A stretch of 64,000 bases of DNA from Leptospiraceae bacterium (lineage in GTDB: Bacteria; Spirochaetota; Leptospiria; Leptospirales; Leptonemataceae): positions 288,001-352,000 of the forward strand of contig JAVJNR010000002.1 in the NCBI GenBank assembly GCA_040217195.1, given 5' to 3'. Positions 16,303 to 27,502 of this stretch are shown here, one piece after another. The notes below the pieces were generated by a model. That model was not told where the DNA came from. It saw only the letters and a program-made list of their open reading frames with translations, and made no database searches. The position numbers and the translations under genes are program-made. How positions within the stretch are numbered: position 1 is the first letter of the stretch; each line of letters begins with the position of its first letter.

Positions 16303-17792
16303 AGTTTAAACCAGAGTAGATTTACATAATGTCGCATGGTTCCCTCATCGTCCGGGATATGGCTGTAGCCAAGCAGGCCGCCAAGCAATAAAAACTCAGT
16401 TCGTCTGGGAGCATTGTGATAATCGAACCCGGCAAAGAATACATGATTCTCTTTTTCATTCCATCGTTGCGAATAGAGCCTGAATAACATGCCAAAATAG
16501 CGGTCTCCATTGCTTTCTGTACGCCATTCGGCAATAGAATAAAGCGGGCCCCAGACTCGATCCATGGTGTCGTCGGGAAAAGGCCACAGCGAAATGGTCT
16601 GCCAGCCTGTGCCTCGATGCGGATCATCGTAGTAATGGAACAGTGGCCAGATCTTCAGCGAATGAGCCTGCAGGTTCTCTCTTGTATAATAACGGTTATG
16701 GTTGTAATAGAATGGAATCAAAAAGTCATACTCGGATTGAATACTATTCGAATTGGTGCTTAGTTGCCCGGCCAGAAGCAGGTAGAAATCCATAGACTTT
16801 TGATAGGGTAGCTCCGGATTGCCGAACCGATAGGATGCATAGAAAGGAAAGATCACATACTTGGAGATATGGGGATTCTTACCTTCAATGTCCTGGTATA
16901 GAAACCAGAGGGCCCGAAATTCAGTGGCCTCTCGCTGTCTGTCATAGCCCCAGGCAACAAGAGAAAATGGATAGAGAATGGAATGGGATGAAAGATCCCC
17001 TGAATCGGACCATTTACGGGCATAAAAAGGGAAGAACATGAAATGATGACGTGGATCTCTCTTATTCAAATCAGTGCTGCCCCATTGAAAGAAAGGCCAT
17101 AAAACGGATTTGTAATCGTAGGAGCCCCTATGGAGCTTATGAGAGTAGAAGGGAAGAATGCGAAAATCGGATCTTACCCGTCCATCGCCTCCCCACATGA
17201 TCAATGGCCATAAAATCGAATGGGCCTGGTATTTCCGATGGGACCAGTTTGTATAGAGAGGAAAGGCTACAAAACCAATCTCCGACCAGCCCAGTTTATT
17301 TCGAATTCGACCGTATATTGGGAAGATGCTGAAATACTGTTCTCGCTCTGTATTTCCGTAGCCCCAATAGAATAACGGAGCCAGGAAAATATCTGAATCC
17401 TGCTTTTCTTTTTCCCGGTAACGATCTTCGCCTGTGAACAGATATAGAAAAGTCCATTTTCGCCAGTAATTGGTGCCATGCTCATAGAATACAGGATAGA
17501 GAATGGTATTAAAATCGTAGGCCTTTTCCGAAGATTCGTAGGTAGTGTAGAACGGATGAAAGTTATACTCGCTCTGTCCTGGAGTGAGGGTATGGTCATA
17601 GAGAAATAGAAATTGATAATAGTCCCGGTATCCTTCGCCCTCTGTTTGCACCGGCATCCGGGCTTCCAGGGCCGGAGGTAGCATCAGTGTTATTACCGCA
17701 ATTAGCAGCCACAGTTGGCCGGTAGGTCGTATCATTCTTCCTGGTCCTGCCAATTCGTCCCGCACAGGGACATTTCTGAAATGCCTGGGCAA
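16299..17792 (-). CDS. Exported aromatic-rich beta-repeat protein of unknown function
   Basis: Signal peptide; about 20 short repeats such as ILWPLI-x-WG, FPFY, VLWPFF-x-WG; ATGA overlap with mlaE. Confidence 0.7.
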   Translation of the reverse strand: MPRHFRNVPVRDELAGPGRMIRPTGQLWLLIAVITLMLPPALEARMPVQTEGEGYRDYYQFLFLYDHTLTPGQSEYNFHPFYTTYESSEKAYDFNTILYPVFYEHGTNYWRKWTFLYLFTGEDRYREKEKQDSDIFLAPLFYWGYGNTEREQYFSIFPIYGRIRNKLGWSEIGFVAFPLYTNWSHRKYQAHSILWPLIMWGGDGRVRSDFRILPFYSHKLHRGSYDYKSVLWPFFQWGSTDLNKRDPRHHFMFFPFYARKWSDSGDLSSHSILYPFSLVAWGYDRQREATEFRALWFLYQDIEGKNPHISKYVIFPFYASYRFGNPELPYQKSMDFYLLLAGQLSTNSNSIQSEYDFLIPFYYNHNRYYTRENLQAHSLKIWPLFHYYDDPHRGTGWQTISLWPFPDDTMDRVWGPLYSIAEWRTESNGDRYFGMLFRLYSQRWNEKENHVFFAGFDYHNAPRRTEFLLLGGLLGYSHIPDDEGTMRHYVNLLWFKL

Positions 17793-17828
17793 TACGGTAA
17801 ACGGAAAATCATTGGAAGATACAAATCC

Positions 17829-19631
17829 TCAAGGATTGGAATAGGGTTGGCTAACAGACGGATGTGCCAGCAGGGACTGAATCACAGTATCCTCATGGTA
17901 AACAATCTGCCAGTCTTGCCAGAAGCCTTCAAAACGTATGGTCTGTTCCAATCGATGGTATTCCGGCGGCCACATGTATATGTGAACATTCCTTTCCCTC
18001 ATATACTCCAGGGTGGCTTCTTTTTCATGACCTATCCTTCCTCGATCCTTCAGTATTTTGCGGGCCAGGGTTCGATCTGTCAAACCTGTGGAAGCCTCCA
18101 GAGCATAGTCCGGATCCAGATTATAGATCAAAAAAGCAGCTCCACCATGGAAAGCTAATCTAAGACCAGTGCCCTGAACCAGGGGCCGATAGGACCGAGC
18201 CAGTCGGCCCAGCTTTTCCATTTCCTGTCGTGGATAATAATATCTTTCTTCTACAACACCCTGAATCTCAGGAATTAGATTCTGCTGGCGCAGGATTTTG
18301 TACGGATCCAGACGAAATGCTGGCAACAGTAGCAACAGTATCGGAAGTACCAGCCCCAGGTAAGTACCTTGCTTACCGGTTCTTTCAAGAGAGAGGGCCT
18401 TTTCAGAATTTTCCGGGGGATTCTGGCCTCGGTTGAATCTGTCAATCCATCCTGCCAGTGCCCATGCGATAAGAGCACACTGAGCTGGAAGGATGGGAAT
18501 CAAGAACCGAGCAAACATGAAATCCCCACCCACCCAGATGACATAGAGATGCCAGGCTATTACCACCAGAAGAAGCATCCACCAGGAGCTGGACCTGGAA
18601 TGACGAGCCTGCAGTGCAATGGAGACAGCCAGAAGCAGGGGAAGATACCAGTACGACTTGTAAAACAATATCAGATAGAATAGTCCCTGGCCGGGGTACG
18701 GATCATAAGCGGATTTCGCATAAAACGTGTTGGGAAAAAAAGAATCGTAGTAATAGAGCCGCCAGCTCTGGTACAGAAGAAGAAACAGTCCAGTTGCCAG
18801 GATGGGCCGTATTGCAGTTACCAGGGATTGGTACTGGCCCCGGCCACCGCTGAATCCTGCGGAACTATTCGTCTCAAGTATCCCCTGTGCTGAATTATGG
18901 CTTTGTTTGTCTGTTACTATTGATCTTAATGCAACTGTCGCAAGGTAGGCGTAAGCGATGATCAATACAATGAGTCCATCGGGTCGTAACAGGCAGGCCA
19001 GAGTGAGAAACAGTAGTGCCCGGCCAGGCTTTCTCTTTTGTGCGATCCAGAGAAAGTATGTCCCCAGGGAAATGGACAGAGTAAAGGACATTGTTTCCAG
19101 GCCGGAAGTAGCAAAGACATGCATATGATGTATGCCACCCAGAATCAGCAATGTGTAGAATAAGAGCGTAGTAGTCTCCGGGTTCACAGGGGCTTCCGTT
19201 TCGGAGGCATGATTGGACAGATTAATTCTGTATCTGCGCCAGGGGATGGCGCCTGCCAGCAACAGTATAAGTAATGTAGCCAGAGAGCCGATGGAGAGCA
19301 CCATGCTAAATGATTCAGCCGGAAAGTCTACGGAAAGACCAAGGGAGATTAGAATGGTCCACAGAAAGTTAGTGAATCCTTCCACATATTCGCCCTGGTT
19401 AAATACCAGACCATAGCCCCGAACCAGATTCCAGGCATAGCGAAAGGAAATAAAAGCATCATCGCTTAACCATCGGAGGCGAAAGGACTCATACAGTGCC
19501 CAGGTTAATGTCAGGATACCCGCCAGCAGACGATACAGGATCCGAGTATTGCTTTTACTTTGATGTTTGTCTTTCAAGTCCATGTCCTGAATATCATGAA
19601 AGGTCCTATGTGTTCGGTCCGGCCCTTGCAT
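17829..19631 (-). CDS. GT-C type membrane glycosyltransferase (AftB-like)
   Basis: DDAFISFRYA-x-NL-x2-G-x-GL-x-FN-x-GE-x-VEGFTNFLW, SGLET, RPDG, PNTFYAK, GGD-x-M-x2-RF; polytopic. Confidence 0.75.
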   Translation of the reverse strand: MQGPDRTHRTFHDIQDMDLKDKHQSKSNTRILYRLLAGILTLTWALYESFRLRWLSDDAFISFRYAWNLVRGYGLVFNQGEYVEGFTNFLWTILISLGLSVDFPAESFSMVLSIGSLATLLILLLAGAIPWRRYRINLSNHASETEAPVNPETTTLLFYTLLILGGIHHMHVFATSGLETMSFTLSISLGTYFLWIAQKRKPGRALLFLTLACLLRPDGLIVLIIAYAYLATVALRSIVTDKQSHNSAQGILETNSSAGFSGGRGQYQSLVTAIRPILATGLFLLLYQSWRLYYYDSFFPNTFYAKSAYDPYPGQGLFYLILFYKSYWYLPLLLAVSIALQARHSRSSSWWMLLLVVIAWHLYVIWVGGDFMFARFLIPILPAQCALIAWALAGWIDRFNRGQNPPENSEKALSLERTGKQGTYLGLVLPILLLLLPAFRLDPYKILRQQNLIPEIQGVVEERYYYPRQEMEKLGRLARSYRPLVQGTGLRLAFHGGAAFLIYNLDPDYALEASTGLTDRTLARKILKDRGRIGHEKEATLEYMRERNVHIYMWPPEYHRLEQTIRFEGFWQDWQIVYHEDTVIQSLLAHPSVSQPYSNP

Positions 19632-19744
19632 CCAATCTTTCTGGGCTCCATCGTAGCCTGGCTTTGCGGAAGCTTTTTTGCTCGACCCATAGAATCCATC
19701 TGCATTCTTCGATTGAGATCTTCAAAGCAGGAATGAATAGCTCA

Positions 19745-21004
19745 ATGCAGAAGTGGAAGGATTATTTCTTTGGCGTATTCTATACAGATCCCAGAGAAAT
19801 CGGCAGCCTGAATGGAATTCGAAGCCTGGCAATCTTTATGCTCTTTTATGTGCATCTGTTTCGGTTCCTCGGTGTGGATGACCCGAACCAGGGAGTGGAC
19901 CAGAGCCTGGGTTGGCTGCGAAACTTTCTGGATAATGGCTCCCAGAGTATCGATATGTTTTTCGTGCTCAGCGGATTTCTCATTTCAGGTCCGCTCATGC
20001 GTCAGCTGGATCGCAAAGGTACGCTGGATCTGAAAAACTTCTATATAAAGCGATCGCTTCGAATTTTTCCTCCTTACTTCATTTTCTGCGCCATTCAATT
20101 CTTCATTTTTATTCCCAGCGCTGCCAGGTGGAATCCAGCCTATGCAGAAAATAGCTGGCGAATCATTTTTGACCTACTGTATGTGAGCAACTACTGGCAT
20201 GGTACCATCTTTCACGGGTGGTCTCTTTCTCTGGAGGAGCAGTTCTATTTGCTTTTTCCATTTCTTCTTTTGATGGTATTTCCTAAGCTGGGAAAAAGGG
20301 GACGCCTCTGGTTCCTGATCGTATTTACGGCGATCCCTCTGGTTTTCAGAGCGGTATATCTGTACGCAGTCATCCTTCCCGCATCTGGTGTGGAGCAGAT
20401 CAATCTCTATAACAAGGGAATCTATTATCCGTTCCATGGGCATTACGATTCGATTTTTATTGGAATTATCCTGGCATTCATCTATGACAATTACCGGGAT
20501 TTTATGAATCGGCTGTTCTCGAACAAAGTGCTTTTCTATTCCGTGCAAACTGGTGCCTGGGGCGGAATCATCGCCTATTCCTTTCTGGTGTTCGAGTTTG
20601 ATACCAGCGTTGCCAGCATGGTAATTCGATTTCCATTATTCAGTACTTTATGGGCATTGGTAATGATAACCAGTATGAAAGAAGGGACGATCATCAATCG
20701 ACTGCTGTCTTTTAAAATTTACAGCCCCATTGCGAAGTTGTCCTATTGTGCCTATCTGATTCATATTGCTGTTATGACTCCTCTGATACGTAAATTCTTT
20801 GTTACTCGCACCGAGGAAGGTATCCCAATGACTCGATTTATTGAGCAATGGGAAGTGATTCCTTACTCCATTCTCATGGGATTCATAATCCTGACTGTAG
20901 CGTATTTGTATCATCTTGTGGCAGAGAGACCATTCATGATTCTAAAAGAAAAGTACGCAGGTAAGCAGATTAGCTTTGAGAAAGTGAAAAGCGCTGAAGC
21001 CTGA
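19745..21004 (+). CDS. Acyltransferase family 3 (OafA-like O-acyltransferase)
   Basis: LNGIR-x-[15 protein letters not shown]-x-KR-x-LRI-x-P, WSL-x-LEEQFY, SY-x2-YL-x-H, E-x-PF; start trimmed from ORF track. Confidence 0.88.
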   Translation: MQKWKDYFFGVFYTDPREIGSLNGIRSLAIFMLFYVHLFRFLGVDDPNQGVDQSLGWLRNFLDNGSQSIDMFFVLSGFLISGPLMRQLDRKGTLDLKNFYIKRSLRIFPPYFIFCAIQFFIFIPSAARWNPAYAENSWRIIFDLLYVSNYWHGTIFHGWSLSLEEQFYLLFPFLLLMVFPKLGKRGRLWFLIVFTAIPLVFRAVYLYAVILPASGVEQINLYNKGIYYPFHGHYDSIFIGIILAFIYDNYRDFMNRLFSNKVLFYSVQTGAWGGIIAYSFLVFEFDTSVASMVIRFPLFSTLWALVMITSMKEGTIINRLLSFKIYSPIAKLSYCAYLIHIAVMTPLIRKFFVTRTEEGIPMTRFIEQWEVIPYSILMGFIILTVAYLYHLVAERPFMILKEKYAGKQISFEKVKSAEA

Positions 21005-21066
21005 GAACTAATTGGCGGGCATCTAATCCGGTCCAGTGCACCGGGATGCCTTGAGTAATGTTCGCA

Positions 21067-22722
21067 TCAATTCCGATCCGATGGCCCTTTTACGATCCCT
21101 TCTATATAGATTAGTCCGGGATTTATGATCCCGTTTTCTGGATTCATCAGAAATTCCCGGATGGAGCTTTTTTCCTCTGGACTCAAACTATTTCTAACCT
21201 GCATTTCCAGAACTTCATTCTCTGTGGATGCCTCAGTCCCGGCGCCATCTGGTCTATTGGAGTGGGACTCTTGCATAGGAGCTGGCAATGCGATGAACAG
21301 GATCTTCTTTCCGGGGGCCGAGGACTGCAGCAAACCGAGTAGCTCGGGCAATTCTTTGTGATCATTAATGGAAAGAATGGGCCTGCGAGTATATTCAACG
21401 CCACTGTAGTAAAAGATATCGATTCCAGCAAAAACCCAGACATCTGCATTTCGATCCTTCATTTGCTGAATAGCCGTAGCTGTAGTCTTACGCGCATTTC
21501 GCAAGAATTTCAGGCCAGCATAATTAAGAGTAATCGTAACCAGCGAAAGAGCGATGAGGAAAGCCTGGAGAATCCGTCTGGCTGGAACCTGCTTCAGATG
21601 CCAGATTTCCCGTGCCAGAACCACTGAAGGGAGCAAGATGGGCCCAAAATAGCGAGGTCCCCAGTCCATGATTCCATTGTTTGGAACGATTAAGAGCACC
21701 ACGGGAATGTAGATCAGTACCGTGCCCAAAAGGATTCGGCCAACGGTTTCTAGCCTGCGATGAAAAAAGATAGCTATGAGAAGAACAAAGGCCAGCCCAG
21801 GCATATAGCCGAACAATCCAGGCTTTACGTTATGCCAGAATAGTAGATCGAAGGCCCATTCTGCGCGTAAAGCAGGAGAAACGCTCAGGCCGGAAGCATT
21901 GATCAAGAAGCGAGGACCCAGGGGATGGCCATAGAGAAATAGATTAAAACCAGAAAAAGAGAACACCAGGATACTAGCTGCCAGAGTGAATTGCAACAAC
22001 CCACTTTCTTTAATTCGCTGGAAGAAATTATTGGAGGTTGCGGCTTCAGATTGTTCGGGAACCACTTTTTCTGAATCAATCGTCTTTTGCGCATAAGTTT
22101 CAAAAAGCGAAGAAGCGATAGATGCCATTCCCACAGCCAGTAAGAGAGGTAGAGTTTCATGGCGAAAGAATAGTGCCAGTGCTATAACGGTTCCTCCCAG
22201 CATTGGCCGCTTGGCCTTGAGCCAGAGGGATAGCCCTGCAAAAGAAAGAAAAGCAACGATAAGGTGTTCGCTGAACTCAAGTGTAAAGCTCATCAAGAAC
22301 GTTAGTAGCACCGGCACAAAAAGCCAGAATCCGCGAAAATTCCAGAAACGGTACAGTAGCCAGCAACATCCAATCAGAAATGAGGCAGACAAAAGCACTA
22401 CGCCTGCAGGTCCCAGAAAAGACCAGACGGGTGCGAATAGGGCCGCCAGAGCTACCGGGAAAGCGCTTACATATCGCCCATCAATCTTTCCGAATGCATT
22501 TGCTCCGTGGGGGAAGAAGCGATAGTTCGGATCTTCTGTAGAGAAATGATAGAATAGCTCATCCGAGCTGAATCCCTGTTCCCAGAGAGAGAAGGACTGT
22601 ACAAGTTTGTTATGTGAATCCCAGGAAAAAGAAAAGTTCGGACGAGCATAAGCAGAGATGCCCAGAACAATAAAGCCTAACAGGGCGAAAGCCAGCCATG
22701 GTTTTGCTTTTTCTGAAATCAT
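21067..22722 (-). CDS. Putative polytopic membrane glycosyltransferase (resembles Leptospira LA_3751/LA_3752-type proteins)
   Basis: Polytopic; D-x3-K-x2-Q, DP-x3-F-x-P, R-x-E, WGPRY motifs. Confidence 0.55.
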   Translation of the reverse strand: MISEKAKPWLAFALLGFIVLGISAYARPNFSFSWDSHNKLVQSFSLWEQGFSSDELFYHFSTEDPNYRFFPHGANAFGKIDGRYVSAFPVALAALFAPVWSFLGPAGVVLLSASFLIGCCWLLYRFWNFRGFWLFVPVLLTFLMSFTLEFSEHLIVAFLSFAGLSLWLKAKRPMLGGTVIALALFFRHETLPLLLAVGMASIASSLFETYAQKTIDSEKVVPEQSEAATSNNFFQRIKESGLLQFTLAASILVFSFSGFNLFLYGHPLGPRFLINASGLSVSPALRAEWAFDLLFWHNVKPGLFGYMPGLAFVLLIAIFFHRRLETVGRILLGTVLIYIPVVLLIVPNNGIMDWGPRYFGPILLPSVVLAREIWHLKQVPARRILQAFLIALSLVTITLNYAGLKFLRNARKTTATAIQQMKDRNADVWVFAGIDIFYYSGVEYTRRPILSINDHKELPELLGLLQSSAPGKKILFIALPAPMQESHSNRPDGAGTEASTENEVLEMQVRNSLSPEEKSSIREFLMNPENGIINPGLIYIEGIVKGPSDRN

Positions 22723-22779
22723 AGAAATGATCCGCCTGAGAATCGCCGCAACCTCTTTGATATAAGCCAGAGCTCAACT

Positions 22780-24045
22780 CTACGGAGGCGCAGGCATTGG
22801 AGGCAATGGCTTGCCCTTCATCTTTGAAATGATTACATCTCGCAATATCATGAATGGTCGTTCCGTAACCAGGTAATAGAAATAAGCCAATAGCATCACA
22901 AATGCGCCGGTGGCAACGCCGTAAAATAGTACGAATTTATGTTCTACGTATCCATCCAGGCCAATGAGCAGTGCTGTAGCCGGAAGACTGCCCACTACAT
23001 GAAGAATGTAGGTTGTATACGTTAGTTTAGCCGGTGCTGAGAAAATGTTCCAGGCAAAGATCTTGCTAATCCAGAAGTCCGGTCGATAGGCCAGAAATAG
23101 AAGGAAGTAGCCATAGAACATGTTAAATACGTTGAAGCGAATTACCTGACTGAAAAATCCATACGTGAATTCATTAACAAGCAGTGAATTTAATCCAACA
23201 ATGATGGCGGCCACGCTTAGAATTACAATATTCAATTTCTTTCGATTGAAAAACTCCTGGAGCTTTTGCGGCCCGGTAACGTGTAATCGGCCAATTATGA
23301 CTCCCATAAGAAGCGAGTCAGCATGACCATGAAATGGATGATAAATGTACTTGTGGTACGCATGCTCCATCTCCGGTCCGCTTGGCGGAAGTTCGGCCAT
23401 GAATGTGAAGTGGGCCCAGAGTCTGTACAAGAATGGCATCAAGTACAGAGAGATTAGCAAACGATTTCGCAGGCGTTCCGGAGTGCGAATATAGATAAAA
23501 GCCAGGAAGAATGGGATAAGCAAATAGAACTGTTCTTCCAGAGCAAGAGACCAGGTGTGATACTGAATTCCTTCCATGTAGTTGGAAAGATACAGATACT
23601 CAACGATTGCATTTTGCTGGGTTTGCTCAATGTGCTGCGCCGTATCCGGTGTTGCATTTTTGCCTAGAGTGGCTGGCATGAGTACAAAAGCGTAAAGAGT
23701 TATGAATATGTAGTAGGCCGGGAAAATTCGCAGAGTTCGCTTGAGGAAGTACTCCCCGAACTTCAAGCCCTTTCCGGCTTCCATACGCGCTATCAGGGGA
23801 CCTGCAATTAGAAAGCCACTAAGTACAAAGAACATATCCATGAACTGGGAGGCGCTGTCGTAGAAATTCTTCCAGTAAGGTGAGAAGTTCAAAATCCGAT
23901 CATGCTGCTCCAGGGTCTGGGAAAGGTGCGTCGTGATGACTGCAAAGACACCTATAGCCCTGGGCGCATTAAGAGGTGCTATGTCTCCAGGCACCGGCCG
24001 AAAAACATAGGTGAGGTAATTCCAGATGGACTTTAGCATGATCAT
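22780..24045 (-). CDS. Acyltransferase family 3 (OafA-like O-acyltransferase)
   Basis: [38 protein letters not shown]. Confidence 0.9.
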   Translation of the reverse strand: MIMLKSIWNYLTYVFRPVPGDIAPLNAPRAIGVFAVITTHLSQTLEQHDRILNFSPYWKNFYDSASQFMDMFFVLSGFLIAGPLIARMEAGKGLKFGEYFLKRTLRIFPAYYIFITLYAFVLMPATLGKNATPDTAQHIEQTQQNAIVEYLYLSNYMEGIQYHTWSLALEEQFYLLIPFFLAFIYIRTPERLRNRLLISLYLMPFLYRLWAHFTFMAELPPSGPEMEHAYHKYIYHPFHGHADSLLMGVIIGRLHVTGPQKLQEFFNRKKLNIVILSVAAIIVGLNSLLVNEFTYGFFSQVIRFNVFNMFYGYFLLFLAYRPDFWISKIFAWNIFSAPAKLTYTTYILHVVGSLPATALLIGLDGYVEHKFVLFYGVATGAFVMLLAYFYYLVTERPFMILRDVIISKMKGKPLPPMPAPP

Positions 24046-24098
24046 TTTTACTCGACCCGGCAGGCTTGGAACAAATCCTTTCCTCCGAGGAGCTAATC

Positions 24099-25787
24099 AT
24101 GCCACTGATTCTGGAAAACCCGCTGAAAAAAACCAAAAAAACCGAAAGCCAGGATAACGGAGCATCCAAAACCCCCGTTACCGCTCAGGCCAAGAACAGC
24201 CACCCGGATTCTCCCTACGAAAAAGCGCTTAAAATGGGCCAGGATCTGGTGGAACGACCCTATCGAGGGGGCGGAACCAGACGAATTACGATTCAGCACT
24301 CCAAGGACCGAATGACCGTTTTCGAACGGATCAAGGTACTAACTCAGGAGGAACCGAATCTTACCTTCCAGAACTGGGGTAATCAGCTAGATGGGGCCAG
24401 CATAGTAACCGGAATACTAAAGATTGGGAACCGGGATGTTGCCATTTATGGTCACGATTTCACTAATCGGGCCGGTTCCATGGATGCCACCAACGGTGCC
24501 AAGCTTGCCCGTTTGATTTACATGGCTGGTGAAAAAGGGATTCCGTTGATAGGAATGAATGATTCCGCAGGTGCATTCGTTCCTGCAGGTGTTGGCGGAC
24601 TGGATGGATATTCGGAAGCTTTCGCAGCACTTCGCAGAGTATCCGGTGTGGTTCCTTCTATTATGTTGATGTTTGGCTTCAATGCCGGGGGTGGATCCTA
24701 TCTACCTCGTCAGGGAAGCTTCATGATTCAGCATCATGATACTTTCTTTGGTCTCACCGGTCCCCAGGTTGTAAAAGATGTACTGGGAGAAGAGGTTACT
24801 CCGGATGAGCTGGGTGGCCCCGGCGTGCATGGCAAAAGTGGAGTCGTGGACATTGTGGCAAACGATGAACTGGGAGCTCTGCGAAAGGCTCTTAGGCTAC
24901 TTAGCTATATTCCAGATAACAATCACAGCGTTGCACCTTTTCATGAAACCAGCGACCCTACGGATCGTTTCATCTATGAAGAGGATATTTTGCTTCGCCG
25001 GACTTTTAATTCCCCTGCGGGCTTCAATACTCCATTCGACATTACTTTGATGATTCAAAACATTTTTGACCATGGTGAATATTTTGAAGTCCAGCCTCAA
25101 AGAGCGCGAAACCTGGTTACCTGTTTTGGACGCCTGGGCGGTCATGTTGTAGGAATTCTGGCAAACAACTCGGCTGTGGCCAGCGGGCAGATCGATATTA
25201 ATGCAGCATTCAAGGGTGCTCGATTCACCAGATTCTGCAATCTATATAATATTCCGGTAATTTTCTTCGAAGATACTACAGGATTTCTGCCGGGAAAAGA
25301 GCAGGAGTCCGGCGGTATTGTTCAGGCCGGCCGTGCATTGCTTGATTCAATTATTGATCTTCGAGTTCCTCGTTTCTTAGTAATCGTGCGAAATGCATTT
25401 GGTGGTGCCTATGCCACCTGGAATTCCTACCATGTGGGTGCAGATATGGTATTTACACTGCCCACGGCTCGAGTAGCGGTAATGGGCCCTGCGGGCAAGG
25501 AATTCGTATACAAGAAAGATATGCAGGAAGCAAGGAAGCAGGCCAGGGACCTGGAAAAGCAGGGCAAAACCGAAGAGGCCCGAGCCTTGATGGATCAGAT
25601 AAACAAAGATCTTACCGATCGTTACGAGGCAGATTTAATGAATCCCAAGGAAGCGCTATCCCTTGGCTCCATTTCCAGAGTGATGATGCCCGGTGAAAGC
25701 CGCAAACTTCTGGCCTCTAACCTGGATTTCTATATGCGACATTACAAGGCTTCGGCCATGGGTGGACCGCAGCGCGAATTCCATTAA
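24099..25787 (+). CDS. Acyl-CoA carboxylase carboxyltransferase subunit
   Basis: DFT-x2-AGS, NDSAGA, GFNAGGG-x-Y, LTGP-x-[10 protein letters not shown]-x2-QE, AFGGAY, AVMGP; SD GAGGAG before 24099. Confidence 0.92.
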   Translation: MPLILENPLKKTKKTESQDNGASKTPVTAQAKNSHPDSPYEKALKMGQDLVERPYRGGGTRRITIQHSKDRMTVFERIKVLTQEEPNLTFQNWGNQLDGASIVTGILKIGNRDVAIYGHDFTNRAGSMDATNGAKLARLIYMAGEKGIPLIGMNDSAGAFVPAGVGGLDGYSEAFAALRRVSGVVPSIMLMFGFNAGGGSYLPRQGSFMIQHHDTFFGLTGPQVVKDVLGEEVTPDELGGPGVHGKSGVVDIVANDELGALRKALRLLSYIPDNNHSVAPFHETSDPTDRFIYEEDILLRRTFNSPAGFNTPFDITLMIQNIFDHGEYFEVQPQRARNLVTCFGRLGGHVVGILANNSAVASGQIDINAAFKGARFTRFCNLYNIPVIFFEDTTGFLPGKEQESGGIVQAGRALLDSIIDLRVPRFLVIVRNAFGGAYATWNSYHVGADMVFTLPTARVAVMGPAGKEFVYKKDMQEARKQARDLEKQGKTEEARALMDQINKDLTDRYEADLMNPKEALSLGSISRVMMPGESRKLLASNLDFYMRHYKASAMGGPQREFH

Positions 25788-25935
25788 GTACGCTGGAGGA
25801 AAGCTGGCCCTCCGTCCTGGGCCGGCCGCTCCGGGGAATCGTCCCATCCGTTCATTGCTGATTTCAAGAGTTCGCTACCGTCTGCTCCATTCAATTCTAA
25901 TTGCTGAGACTCCCAGTAATCCTTATCTTTGATTC

Positions 25936-26871
25936 ATGAAAATCGCGGTCATAACCGGAGTGAGTGGTCTGGTAGGCGGAGAATTGTCCAGGATGCTTCA
26001 GGCATCAGGGTACGAAGTTCGAGGCCTTTCCAGAAGTCCCGAGAAATTGAAATCTCCCATCCGCGGCTTTCACTGGGATCCGGATCAGAGTGTAATGGAT
26101 GAATCGGCTCTGGAAGGAGCAACCACGGTAATCCATCTGGCCGGCGAAAGCATAGCGGATGGTCGCTGGACTGAAAAAAGGAAGAGAGAAATAATCGATA
26201 GTCGCACCCGTTCCTGTAATCTACTGGCCAATGCCCTAAGAAGGCAGGAGACCAGCGGAAATTCTGTACCCCGGTCTGTGGTTCTGGCAAGCGCCATAGG
26301 ATATTATGGAAATCGAGGGGATGAGTTGCTTCATGAGGATTCCGATCCAGGGGTTGGCTTTCTTTCGGAAACAACCCTGGAATGGGAAAAGGCTGGCGAA
26401 TTTTCTAGTGCTCTGCGCGAGGTCCGTCTTCGCATAGGAGTGGTTCTGTCGCGGAAGGGCGGAGCACTACGTGAGATGGAAAAGCCGCTAAAACTATTCG
26501 CAGGCGCAGTACCCGGTAGCGGTGATCAGTACCTGAGCTGGATACATTACAAGGATCTGGCCAGTATGATACAGTTTGCCGCGGAAAATGAATCCATTCG
26601 CGGAATCTACAATGCAGTCTCCCCTGATCCCAGGACCATGCAATCGTTTATGAAATCCCTGGGAAAATCCGTAGGTAGACCAGTTTACCTTCCCAATGTT
26701 CCAGGATTTGCATTGAAACTGATGCTGGGTGAAATGTCCGAAATGATTCTGGGAGGGGCTAGAATCTCCAGCGAAAAGATCCAGAAATCTGGCTTCGAAT
26801 TTGAATATCCTGATCTGGACCTGGCACTGAAAAACCTCTATGCTGAGAAAAACCAGTCGGTCCGGAATTAA
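25936..26871 (+). CDS. TIGR01777 family NAD-dependent epimerase/oxidoreductase
   Basis: ITG-x-SG-x-VG, HLAGESIA-x2-RWT, SAIGYYG, RIGVVL, SWIH-x2-D, GEMS. Confidence 0.9.
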   Translation: MKIAVITGVSGLVGGELSRMLQASGYEVRGLSRSPEKLKSPIRGFHWDPDQSVMDESALEGATTVIHLAGESIADGRWTEKRKREIIDSRTRSCNLLANALRRQETSGNSVPRSVVLASAIGYYGNRGDELLHEDSDPGVGFLSETTLEWEKAGEFSSALREVRLRIGVVLSRKGGALREMEKPLKLFAGAVPGSGDQYLSWIHYKDLASMIQFAAENESIRGIYNAVSPDPRTMQSFMKSLGKSVGRPVYLPNVPGFALKLMLGEMSEMILGGARISSEKIQKSGFEFEYPDLDLALKNLYAEKNQSVRN

Positions 26872-26920
26872 TTAGTTTCGCAGACCCATCAGGAAATCGC
26901 AAGGAACTAAATCGTCAGAA

Positions 26921-27451
26921 ATGAGCAAGAAGAAGGACAAGAAGAAGGACAAGAAGAACTCTGGGTCCAGGCAGGAATGGACTTCACTTTCGCAGATCGG
27001 ACAGTCCACTATTTCAGAGCCATACAGTGCTCCTGGCAGTTTTCAAGAAAGGGATTCGGTAGAATATAGAAAAACGATGAAAGAACAGGAAGAAAAGCTG
27101 CAAAAGATCGCGAATAGTTTGAAGATTCAGAATGTAAAAAGGCACATCTTCTTATGCTGCGATCAGACAAAGGATAAGTGCTGCAGTAGAAAAGAAAGCC
27201 TGGAATCCTGGGATTACCTGAAGAGCCGATTGAAAGAGGAAGGATTGGCGGACTCCGGTACCGGCGAAGTCTTTCGGACCAAGGCGAATTGTCTCCGGGT
27301 CTGCAAACAGGGACCCATTGCAGTGGTTTATCCCGAAGCAGTCTGGTACCATAGCTGCAGCCCGGATGTTCTGGAGAAGATTATTCAGAGCCATCTGAAG
27401 CAAGGAGAGCCAGTGGAAGAATACAGGATTCCACTAGTTCCCGAAGAATAG
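26921..27451 (+). CDS. Thioredoxin-like [2Fe-2S] ferredoxin
   Basis: RHIFLC...[12 protein letters not shown]2-GP-x2-VVYPE-x-VWY, IIQSHL-x2-G-x-PV; true start may be downstream. Confidence 0.85.
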   Translation: MSKKKDKKKDKKNSGSRQEWTSLSQIGQSTISEPYSAPGSFQERDSVEYRKTMKEQEEKLQKIANSLKIQNVKRHIFLCCDQTKDKCCSRKESLESWDYLKSRLKEEGLADSGTGEVFRTKANCLRVCKQGPIAVVYPEAVWYHSCSPDVLEKIIQSHLKQGEPVEEYRIPLVPEE

Positions 27452-27502
27452 ACTTCTACGGGAAAACCTTGCCCTGTTTCTGGCCGATCGTAACCTGACC
27501 CG

